DNA of 63,753 bases, the filler included, from Stramenopiles sp. TOSAG23-2 (lineage: Eukaryota): assembly GCA_900128395.1 (NCBI GenBank). It is 21 parts of 21 records of this genome, joined end to end, with 100 filler letters (N's around TTAATTAATTAA, not from the genome) between each part and the next. Parts side by side here need not be neighbours in the genome. Positions count along the whole stretch, not along the records: positions 18,901 to 21,947 come from LT651393.1; positions 22,048 to 25,093 come from LT651394.1; positions 25,194 to 28,239 come from LT651395.1; positions 28,340 to 31,383 come from LT651396.1; 17 more parts are not named here. One strand, 5' to 3'. A program made the position numbers and the translations under genes. Below the pieces are notes generated by a model, which saw only the letters and a program-made list of their open reading frames with translations, did not search any database and had not been told where the DNA came from. Positions 21,428-31,483 of this stretch are shown in pieces (within the stretch, counting starts at the first letter, position 1; every line of letters begins with the position of its first letter).

Positions 21428-22666
21428 ATAAAATCTAGCAGGTACACACTATTGGGAATATTGGAATTTTGTCATCATATTGTATATGATTAATGCAATC
21501 ACATATATATAAATTTCATATCCACAATATCGAATTATATGTATACAACCATATGATAAATAAAATATCAGTTTCATGAATTTTTAGACATTACAACTTC
21601 AAATTTGAAACTTAGGCTTGTGTCAATAGTAAATAATTGTTATTTTCTCTTTTTTTTGATTATGAAAAAAGCAATTGGTTTTTGGAAAAAGGAAATTAAA
21701 AAATTATACAAATAACACTAATAACAATGAGGGCAAAAAAAACCTTGTTACTAATTTTAGGTGTAATGCTGTGTAATGGTATTAAGTCGGCCCCTATGAA
21801 ACACATGTTGTGATGAAGCCATTTTATATCATTTCAATGCTGTTGTCATAGTATATAAATAATTGACCTTGTTTCGGTCAAAGATGTTTTGGTCAAAGAT
21901 GTGCACATGTGCAAATGTGCATCTTTCCATGTTGTGCCTGAAATCACNNNNNNNNNNNNNNNNNNNNNNNNNNNNNNNNNNNNNNNNNNNNTTAATTAAT
22001 TAANNNNNNNNNNNNNNNNNNNNNNNNNNNNNNNNNNNNNNNNNNNNCGAATTTCTAATATGATATACTAACACAACTTTTATCAACATATTTATATTTA
22101 AAATATTATGCAGCATAAAAGAGGAAGAATTTGGATATGGGGCAAGTTATATTTCACCAAAATTAAGAAAAAGAAATCAATTAAGTAATAGTGATAGTGA
22201 TGACGATTGAGATAGAGGAATATATATATTGTGTTTTGAATTAACACATGTGTGTGTATGTGTGTAGTAAAGTATATATACAAGTATATACGTCCACATC
22301 ATTAGCTTTATCGTTATTAATATTGTTTTTTTATTAATAAAAATGATGATTTTCCTTGTGTTCGGGTGTTCATATATTTATTCCTTAAATTAATTAAATA
22401 GAAGAATACGATATACGATATAATATATTAAATATTTAAGGTATTTAGTAAATATATATATTTTGAACATCTACATATTCAACTTCAATTTATAATAATT
22501 AATAAATACTTTTTATAACAACAACAACTATTGGAGAGAGAAGAATAAAAGTAATTTGAATATATACTGAAAATCTATAATATACAAAAAAAAAGAGAAT
22601 AGATAAAAATCTAGGAAAGAAGATAAAAAATAAAACAATATAACTAATTTACTCGTTTATATCAAT

Positions 22667-23722
22667 ATGGCAGAGGTGAAGGATGTAGAAAATGGAAATA
22701 AGAATAATAATGAAAATTTACCAAAACCTAATTTAATTCAAACCTGGTGTTGTATGCCAGATGCAGAAAGAAAACAATATGCATGTCCAGCAAAACATTG
22801 TGGAATATGTTCTTGTTCAACGCACTGGGGAAAATGTTTTTGGCTTTATTTGTTCTCCCTCTTTTCGTTTTTATTCTTTATTTTGTCAGGTTATACTGCG
22901 GGTGGGGGATTTCATAATGTACCAGTGCATTCACCAGGAATTCATGATGGGAGGTATTGGAAAGAAAGTGAACTGCAACCGCAAATTGTTTCTGCAGGGA
23001 GTGTTATTTTCTGGTCACAAATTATGCCATTAATAATTTTAGGACTTGCTACTATTGGTGCATTGAATCGAGACATCAGGGCAAATCCAGGCCAAGGAGG
23101 TGTAAACGTCCCTTTCCGTGGCTGGGCATTGGGTGTATTTTACACAACAACATCATGGTCTGGCTTCGTTGTATATTTTTTAAAATATTACACTTCTGAA
23201 CTTCGCCCTTTATCCATTGCCCATTGCGGAATGATACTCGCTGAACATGTAAATGGTTTTAATAAAACCAGAGATTATACGGCCTCCCTGGAACAATTGA
23301 AAACATGTGCGTCGCACGATGGTTGGGAATTTTTTCGTGGATTTCCTAGTGGACATTCAAGTGCTGGTTTTGGGAGCGTGTTTGGTGTTGGGCTAATGTT
23401 ATATCAAGTTGAATGGATTCTTGATGGATTAATTCATGCCATTTCATGCTGTAGCAAAAATGATGTTTATTTGAAAATTCCACCAATTGCTAAAGCAACA
23501 TTACGTACGTCAATTTTGGTGGTAACCGCACTTGGTGCATCTTTCATGGCTGCATCACGAATAATGGATGGATCACATTTCCCGGTACAAGTCACGGCTG
23601 GAGCAATCATTGGGGCAAGTGCAGCAGCAATAATTGTAAATTCGCCATTAATATTACCAAATACTCCTCTTGGTGGAAAGAAGAAAAAAAAAGATGACGT
23701 AGGAGTAGGTTCAAGCATTTAA
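22667..23722 (+). CDS. PAP2-superfamily lipid phosphate phosphatase
   Basis: C1 KYYTSELRP, C2 FPSGHSS, C3 SRIMDGSH; several TM helices. Confidence 0.92.
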   Translation: MAEVKDVENGNKNNNENLPKPNLIQTWCCMPDAERKQYACPAKHCGICSCSTHWGKCFWLYLFSLFSFLFFILSGYTAGGGFHNVPVHSPGIHDGRYWKESELQPQIVSAGSVIFWSQIMPLIILGLATIGALNRDIRANPGQGGVNVPFRGWALGVFYTTTSWSGFVVYFLKYYTSELRPLSIAHCGMILAEHVNGFNKTRDYTASLEQLKTCASHDGWEFFRGFPSGHSSAGFGSVFGVGLMLYQVEWILDGLIHAISCCSKNDVYLKIPPIAKATLRTSILVVTALGASFMAASRIMDGSHFPVQVTAGAIIGASAAAIIVNSPLILPNTPLGGKKKKKDDVGVGSSI

Positions 23723-23938
23723 ATAAAAATAAAAAATAAAATAAAAATATATCAGATCATATCATAAAATTAAAATATACGAACGTATTACGTCGTATAT
23801 TATTAATAACACAAAACACACCCTAGTGAGCCAATATGTACATATGTATATGCGGCCCGTGTCGTCTGTGATTTTTAGTTTCTTCATTCTATAGTACGAA
23901 TATTAAAAACAATAATCTAAGGCGTATTAAGTCTTCTA

Positions 23939-24544
23939 CTATACACTGAAATCTTCTGGAAATACATCGGCATAACCATCTACCAATACCGTTCGATCCA
24001 TTTTATTGCATTCATTAGCAGTTGAATAACCAGATGCAGTCATTGTAAGTGCATTTGGACATTTAAATCCTAATACATATGGACATTTTCGTTGCACATC
24101 TTGGCATATCGATATACATGTTTTTGCAACTGGTTTTATTGTTGTACTATCACATCTTGGAAATACTTGTGAACATATCCAATATTTATATGCATCAACG
24201 CATTGCGAACAATTATGATAACCATATGGTCTTGTACAGTCATATGTATTCAACACGGTTAACATTTCATTTACAACTGTTTGCGCACATTGATCTCTTA
24301 TTAAATAATCATCATTTGTTTTTTCATATACTGGATAATTTATCATATTACAAAACATATTATTATTATATTGTTGAACTGATTTACATGATGTTCCAAC
24401 AGTTGGTTGCATCCATTCATTTCCATATTCAATCGCACATGTAGAATTTATTTCATTTGATGAAGTAGTAGTACTTGCAATGATATATGTTACTTGAATG
24501 AAGAAAAGGATAACTACGAGGATAATGTTGGTATAATTCTTCAT
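23939..24544 (-). CDS. Secreted Mid1/FAM155 (NLF-1)-like cysteine-rich domain protein
   Basis: Signal peptide plus NCSQCVDAYKYWICSQVFPRC and TCISICQDVQRKCPYVLGFKCP, matching the Mid1/FAM155 frizzled-like CRD pattern. Confidence 0.8.
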   Translation of the reverse strand: MKNYTNIILVVILFFIQVTYIIASTTTSSNEINSTCAIEYGNEWMQPTVGTSCKSVQQYNNNMFCNMINYPVYEKTNDDYLIRDQCAQTVVNEMLTVLNTYDCTRPYGYHNCSQCVDAYKYWICSQVFPRCDSTTIKPVAKTCISICQDVQRKCPYVLGFKCPNALTMTASGYSTANECNKMDRTVLVDGYADVFPEDFSV

Positions 24545-24679
24545 TTTTTAAATTTTATTATTATTATTATTCTCTAATATTTATATATCTTTCTATTAAT
24601 GTTGTATTATATATGGTTATAAATAGATAACGTTGTAGGCACGAGATATGTTTTTACTAATTAAAAATTTGTTGATCCG

Positions 24680-24712
<33 letters not shown>

Positions 24713-25483
24713 GTAAATCAATTGTTCTATTTCTTCATCTGTCTATCTAATCTATTTAGATGAATATGTAATACATTATATTTAATATTTTCTATGTTTT
24801 TTGTCAGCTGGTCAAGCCAGCAAGGTGTAACGAATACAGTTTATTATTATTTGGATGATTGAACTGGTTTATATAGGAGAAATTATTTAATGCTATTATA
24901 TATTATATAGAGAAAATATATGCTTAAATAGAAAATTAGACTACGAAAACGATATTTGCTGTATACAAAAACAGCACTTTGATGTTCTAATTAGGGTTCT
25001 CTAATGCTGTGTCTATGTTAACTAATGCTATTCCTATTCTACATATCTAGATTCTAGATCGGTTATTTAATTACTCATTTCTATTTTTCATTTNNNNNNN
25101 NNNNNNNNNNNNNNNNNNNNNNNNNNNNNNNNNNNNNTTAATTAATTAANNNNNNNNNNNNNNNNNNNNNNNNNNNNNNNNNNNNNNNNNNNNCTGGTTG
25201 TTTTTTGCTTGCGCGTTTTTTCAGATTGAAGTTTGTAATTTTGTGAATAGCAGGTAAATAGCATTATTAGAAAAGGATTATTTCTTCAAGAAAAGATATG
25301 TGTTATATTAGAAAATTGATAATGAGTGTAAATATATATATATATAAGAAGAAGACATATGTGTGTGACGTATACTACAGCTGATGAAAAATAAGATATA
25401 TGTATTATATATAAATTGAGCGATAGGTTGATTGACAAGCAGTACATTGTAGCTAAAAAAGAACAACGGGACGAAGAGAAACC

Positions 25484-26611
25484 ATGAAGAATATCATTCT
25501 TACCATTTTATCATGCTATTTAATACATGTAGTAGCTGCAGATATTATGTATGGTATTGGTCAAACGAAAACAACGCCAGGAATTAATATTGTAAAAGTA
25601 AACACGGAGAATGGAAAAATTGAAACGTTGCAAATGATAAAATATGAAGCAGTTGCACAAGAATTATCCAGCATTGACCTTGTGAATAATATTTATTATA
25701 CTATTGGTTTAAATAATACTGGAACATATAAACATCCTGCACTTTTAGGTTTCGATTTGAATAATAACGGCAAGTTAATCACTGAAGTACAATTACCATT
25801 TGATGAATTAGCATTTGTTGGTGTATCGCAAGCCGTTGAAGTAGATCCTGTAACAAGCAATGTTGTATTAGTTGGATTGGATGGCACAAAGAATCCACCA
25901 TATCATAATGTATTGTTATATGATATTAAAAAAAAAACAATGGAAAAGATAGTACATATACCTGGTAGTGGTATTGCGGTCCTTGGAGCATCTAGTACAA
26001 TTGATGATCAAGGTATTGCATACTTTACATTTGCATTGAATAATAGTGGAAATGTTAGTACTAGCATCTTTGAAGTACCAACACGTGGATCCAAAGTTGG
26101 AACATATAATATGTTAAAGGAAGATGAAGAACATCATTTAGGTACGATGGATTTTGATATGAAAACAAAGAAGATTTTTGGTGTCATTGGTGCTCAAGCT
26201 GGTAAATGGGAAATTGGATATTATGATGTATCAAAACAAACTTGGTATACAAAACCATTAATACTTGGAAATACATGGACTGGTGGTATGGCGAGTGTAC
26301 AAGCATTTAATAGTAATTCCAGGACATTATCATTATTATTACAACAAGGAACGCCAGAAAAACCATTTCAACCAAGTAATACATGTGAGCCAAAATGTTC
26401 AAGCGATTCATTATGTTGTATTGATCCTGCTGAAGGAACTGCAAGTTGTTTTAAAGTACCAACATGTTCACGAATTACGCCTGGTGGTGGTGCGCCAAAC
26501 ATGACATTGCCATTTAAATTAGCACAATTTGATGTTGATACTGGTGAATTAAAAGCAAGCCCTGATTTATGTACAATAGCAGATTGTCCCTGGTCATTGG
26601 AGAGTAAATAA
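25484..26611 (+). CDS. Secreted beta-propeller-like protein with Cys-rich C-terminal insert
   Basis: Signal peptide; repeating beta-strand units (xDxxxGxxY-like); C-terminal CEPKC..LCC..CFKVPTC..CPW. Confidence 0.7.
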   Translation: MKNIILTILSCYLIHVVAADIMYGIGQTKTTPGINIVKVNTENGKIETLQMIKYEAVAQELSSIDLVNNIYYTIGLNNTGTYKHPALLGFDLNNNGKLITEVQLPFDELAFVGVSQAVEVDPVTSNVVLVGLDGTKNPPYHNVLLYDIKKKTMEKIVHIPGSGIAVLGASSTIDDQGIAYFTFALNNSGNVSTSIFEVPTRGSKVGTYNMLKEDEEHHLGTMDFDMKTKKIFGVIGAQAGKWEIGYYDVSKQTWYTKPLILGNTWTGGMASVQAFNSNSRTLSLLLQQGTPEKPFQPSNTCEPKCSSDSLCCIDPAEGTASCFKVPTCSRITPGGGAPNMTLPFKLAQFDVDTGELKASPDLCTIADCPWSLESK

Positions 26612-26980
26612 AATATATCAAGAGACAAAATATATTGTATTTGTATTAATACTAGTGATGCATATTCGAAATATTATTATTTAGCTTTTCGTTCCATTTT
26701 TTTTTTTCACATTTATTCATTTTTAATTATGGTTTCTAATGCTATTTATACTATTATATTTCTTTTTAGAACTGATATGAATCTCTATCAAGACACACAC
26801 ATATATATATATATATATATCAAGAAACAAAGGAATATATTGCTAGAATACATACAATCTATATTTATCATAAATAAATTAAAATTACATATATAGAAAA
26901 TTAATTATACTTTGCATTAATAATAATAATATCACACTTGTATAAGTTAAATTACCAAATATATATATACATTAAAAATC

Positions 26981-27871
26981 ATGTTGAGAAAAATTATTAA
27001 TAAAACGGCAACACGTCGTATCGCATCGAATATAAACATGTGTAGATATTTCTCCGTGCAAGAATTAGGGCCAAATAGAGAAGTATTGCTAGAGCATACT
27101 TCGAATGGACATTTTGCAACTGTAACTATTAATCGCCCTGAAGTACATAATGCATTATCACCTGGTGTTATGGATGGTCTTGAAACTGCATTAAATACAT
27201 TGAAGGAAGATGAAAAAGTCCGTGCGGTATTTTTAAAAGCTGAAGGGAAAACTTTTTGTGCTGGTGGTGACTTGAAACATATGAAGTCGACTGCAGATTG
27301 GACGTACGATCAAAATAAACAAGAAGCATTTCGTTTATCTGGCATTTTTAATCAAATATTTACTTTCCCACGCCCGGTTATTGCTATGATAAATGGACCT
27401 GCATACGGTGGTGGTGTCGGTGTAATTTCATCTTGTGATATGGCATTTGCTGTAAAAGATGCAATATTTGCATTAAGCGAAGTGAAACTTGGTGTTATTC
27501 CAGCAACGATATCCCCATTTGTTATCTCTAAAATTGGTCCTACACATTGCAGGCGTTATTTTTTAACAGCTGAACGCTTTGATCCTAATGAAGCACAACG
27601 TATAGGATTATTAAATGATGTTGTGGAAGATCAAACTGCATTAGAGGAAATGGAGGAAAAATTAAAAAAAGCAATGGTATTATGTTCCCCAGATGCAATG
27701 AGTGCAAGTAAAGATTTAATAGCACAATTGGAAGGGAAGACAATTGATGATGATTTAAGAATGTGGACGGCTGGCCGTTTAGCAGATGTACGTGATTCTA
27801 AAGATGGACAAGAAGGTATGGGTGCATTTTTAGAAAGAAGAAAACCTAATTGGACAGATGTAGAATTGTAA
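26981..27871 (+). CDS. Enoyl-CoA hydratase/isomerase (methylglutaconyl-CoA hydratase-like), mitochondrial
   Basis: NRPEVHNAL, FCAGGDL, GPAYGGGVG, LSEVKLGVIPATISPFV, EGMGAFLERRKPNW; Arg-rich presequence. Confidence 0.95.
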   Translation: MLRKIINKTATRRIASNINMCRYFSVQELGPNREVLLEHTSNGHFATVTINRPEVHNALSPGVMDGLETALNTLKEDEKVRAVFLKAEGKTFCAGGDLKHMKSTADWTYDQNKQEAFRLSGIFNQIFTFPRPVIAMINGPAYGGGVGVISSCDMAFAVKDAIFALSEVKLGVIPATISPFVISKIGPTHCRRYFLTAERFDPNEAQRIGLLNDVVEDQTALEEMEEKLKKAMVLCSPDAMSASKDLIAQLEGKTIDDDLRMWTAGRLADVRDSKDGQEGMGAFLERRKPNWTDVEL

Positions 27872-28124
27872 AAAAAGAAATGATAATATATAGCTCTGCA
27901 TCGTGAATATGATAAAGAATTTATATTATGATACTTTTTATCAAATAATCCACATGATGTATGGATTATTATCACATTACATGTAACTGAAATTTTGTAT
28001 ATAAGTAATATATATATGGTGTTCAAAAAATATAGTTTATGTGAAGTATGCATTATTAACTCTAATAATATTTATTTAAAAACAGATTTTAAACACACCA
28101 TCATTTTTTAAATTTTGATTTTTC

Positions 28125-28239
28125 TCACAACTTTGCCATCATTACATCTTGAATTTTATTATAATCACCTGGTTTTACAAAATCAATTGATTTATCAACA
28201 ATTGGATCTTTATTCATAAATAAATACTCCAAAGCATCA
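28125..28239 (-). CDS. C-terminal fragment of a probable peroxisomal protein (PTS1 -AKL)
   Basis: Frame open from contig edge: DALEYLFMNKDPIVDKSIDFVKPGDYNKIQDVMMAKL-stop. Confidence 0.55.
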
Positions 28240-28641
28240 NNNNNNNNNNNNNNNNNNNNNNNNNNNNNNNNNNNNNNNNNNNNTTAATTAATTAANNNNN
28301 NNNNNNNNNNNNNNNNNNNNNNNNNNNNNNNNNNNNNNNACAGTATGGGAAAATGTGATTTTTGTCCGAAAATCGCTTCGATTTTTCCGCGAACCTTATC
28401 ATTTTTCGCTCCGTTATATTATACCGTTTATATATAATTTTTTTTAATATCATAAAAAACATTAATTAATATAAAAGATACGTTTGGTTACTATTTTACA
28501 ATCTTACACCAAGATCGTATTTTTAAAGATATAAATATCTAACTTGAACCATATATTTATTTTGTAATAATATTTTCATAAGCATCTTTGTTTGAAGTAG
28601 ATTCATCTGTTAGTTTTTTTTAATTTGTATATTAAAGTTAA

Positions 28642-29541
28642 TTACACTACAGGCTGTACTTTTACACAAAATTCTTCTTTAAACTCTTCAATAGCTCTTG
28701 CAATTTTGTTTTTCGTAGCAAGTTTTTGTAAATTCTTTTCGAGAAATTTTACTAATTCATGCAAGTTGCTAAAATTTACTTTCTTTCGAAGAGTTATTAT
28801 TGCTTTGCTGCCCGGTATCAAATACTTTTCACTGTTTATGCTTTTTAATACCAAGGCTTCTATAGTCTTTTTTTTTTGAATATCTGCGTCTTTTGTATAC
28901 ATTGTCGTAAACATATTACTTGTTTCATGATATTGCTGAGTACAGATAAATTGTAACTTAGTATTTTCAACTATTTTTTTTCTTGCTAATTTTTTAGCTT
29001 CTTTACGAGGCTTTGGTCGTATGGCAAAAGTCGTAAGAGCCAACCCGTTTGACACCAACAGTTTTTCAATTTCCTTCGCATCTGGGGTTACAAATTTTGC
29101 TTCTGGCGTGCGTTCATAGTCCATATAGACCAAAAATGCTTTTCTTTCATCTTTTTTTAATTGACGTAGAATTTTTGTTGATTCTCCAACTTTAGAGAGT
29201 ATATGACCAGCATCTTTTGCAGCTTCAATCACTTTTTCATCTGTATTTATAACTACAATTATCTTTGGATCGAAACCTGCTGCAACCAGGGCTTTGGATG
29301 ATGCCAAATTCTCTGCATCGATTACTACCAAAATCAAATTGTCGTTTTCAATATGCTCCTTGTGCATTAAGCAATATTTTACCATTAATGTATTGAAAAC
29401 GGTTTTCCAATAGCTATGAAAATATTGTTTACCATTCATGATTAGTCGGTCAAAAAGGCCACCACCATATTGCTGAGTCATGACATCAAGGATATCGCCA
29501 TCCTCTAACTTTAACGCGCGAACTGTATCTTTTGGCCTCAT
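28642..29541 (-). CDS. SUMO-like C-terminal segment (QQYGG) fused to a putative Rossmann methyltransferase-like domain
   Basis: DTVRALKLEDGDILDVMTQQYGG matches the end of SUMO; followed by LVVIDAE...IVVIN...KVGES...FLVYMDY...LALTTFAIR. Confidence 0.65.
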   Translation of the reverse strand: MRPKDTVRALKLEDGDILDVMTQQYGGGLFDRLIMNGKQYFHSYWKTVFNTLMVKYCLMHKEHIENDNLILVVIDAENLASSKALVAAGFDPKIIVVINTDEKVIEAAKDAGHILSKVGESTKILRQLKKDERKAFLVYMDYERTPEAKFVTPDAKEIEKLLVSNGLALTTFAIRPKPRKEAKKLARKKIVENTKLQFICTQQYHETSNMFTTMYTKDADIQKKKTIEALVLKSINSEKYLIPGSKAIITLRKKVNFSNLHELVKFLEKNLQKLATKNKIARAIEEFKEEFCVKVQPVV

Positions 29542-30682
29542 CTTCGTTTTTTTTCTTTAAATTCGTGACAAAATGATTTTATGATTTTTATATCACCAAT
29601 TTAAAAAAATTAAGTTACAACTTTTTAAAATGAAACAAATAACTTGTATAAAATTTTAGTAATGATAGCACAAGCCTTTTTAGCAAGCCTTTTCAGCAAT
29701 CAAGTTTTCGCGATTCCTTGAGCAAAATTTTATTTCTTAATTTTTACTCCTATTTCTTATATGAGAAAATGGAGCTAATTTTGGTTTGAAATTTGTTTTT
29801 TTCAATTTTCTTGATGAATATATTGTGTATTAAAATTTTAAAAAAACTAATCGCACCTGAAAAAAATATTATTATAATGATATGTTAATATATTGTAAGA
29901 GATATTTTTGTATTGATATGTTTATATCTATTTATCTGTGTATCTATTTTCATTTTATTTTTTCGAGTTGATATTTGTGTTTGTGCGTCTACCTACATAC
30001 CATTTTACTATTACATATAATCGACTACTACTTACAAATAATCGACTACTACATAGCATTGCGTGAGAAAACAAGTGACCAATTTGAAAAAAAACAAGTC
30101 ACATATTGTATATTGTAAAAATGTTCATAGCGAATCCAACAGGGAAATAGAATGGGAGATAACAGGAGAGGGAAATAGCATGGGAGTAGTGTTGAATTCG
30201 CGCCTTCGGAATCCAGCAGGGAAATATCAACAGGCCATCTGGCCGGGCTGGCCATCCTGGCCATTATACCTGGTATTAATATTCTAATATACCTAGTAAC
30301 TATACTTGGAGTATATGTTAATAATAATAATGTACCAGGTAAAATACTAATTCTAGACTAATTATAATTCTAGAATAATATACCTGGTATAGCAAAAAAA
30401 CCATTTTTTACAGGGATCTATCAAAGCATCACCAAAAAAGCTTTTTCTAATTATATGTATATTCATAATATTCAATGTTTTTTCGGTTTTTTATTATTAC
30501 AAGTATGCATAGAAGAATTCAGATGATAGTGCGATACAAAACACAAAATAAATGTAAATATTGCAAAGTATTTTGTACTGTTGTTTGTTTCATTATTTTT
30601 ACATTTGATACTCCACTTATTTTTATGATATTATCATAAAGCTTCGATACCATATACCTGTACATCAAATTGGACAAAAGCA

Positions 30683-31090
30683 ATGAAAAAATTTAAGCAC
30701 TGGGAGCCGGAGCAGGAGGTTCAGCTTATAAAGACTGCTGCATTCGATAAAGCGTTGAATGGCAGTATCTCTAACGGGGATGCAGCTAAAGATGCAGCTA
30801 GAGAGATATACGGCGATGATTTTGAGAAGAAGCAAATACGAAGAATAAAAAATAAATTGTCGTATTATAAGGAAAATTTTCAAAACTTTGTTGAATTCAA
30901 AGAAAAGGACGAAAAAGAAAGGATAGAGCTTTACAAATTGCAAGAAACGAAGCAAACAGAGGACAAAATACGTAAAAACAATAAACGTAAACGACCAAAA
31001 GACGAAACCAATCTGGCGAAAAAACGACGCTCACAAAAAGGGGTGTGGAATTGGGTGGCATGGGGATTTGAAGCCAATTGTGGAGACTGA
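30683..31090 (+). CDS. Hypothetical basic/coiled protein with a Myb/SANT-like start
   Basis: KHWEPEQEVQLIK resembles the Myb W-x-x-E-x-L pattern; NLS-like KRKRPK; otherwise unrecognised. Confidence 0.4.
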   Translation: MKKFKHWEPEQEVQLIKTAAFDKALNGSISNGDAAKDAAREIYGDDFEKKQIRRIKNKLSYYKENFQNFVEFKEKDEKERIELYKLQETKQTEDKIRKNNKRKRPKDETNLAKKRRSQKGVWNWVAWGFEANCGD

Positions 31091-31483
31091 TTATGAGACA
31101 GATATTATGACTTTATGGGATAGTAGGTATCGCCTTTGTCGGGATCCAACGAAATCTAACACAGAAATGAGGGATGGGGTGCCATCTCCGTTATATTCTA
31201 AAAAATCAGCAATATCTAGAAGGCAAATGTCTGATACCTGTCTATATAAATTACTATAACTTAGATTTTAACCAATAGTAAGATCTTTCTCCGGATAGTT
31301 ACCGGTTGTTGTTCACAACAAGATCTTTCACTTCGACAACCTCACCGTTTTCGAATGATTCCGACGTCCAGCCCGTTCGACGANNNNNNNNNNNNNNNNN
31401 NNNNNNNNNNNNNNNNNNNNNNNNNNNTTAATTAATTAANNNNNNNNNNNNNNNNNNNNNNNNNNNNNNNNNNNNNNNNNNNN

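Noticed and set aside
28340-28400. Tc1/mariner-like terminal repeat (CAGT... at contig start)
   Set aside because: No matching inverted copy or transposase seen in the contig.
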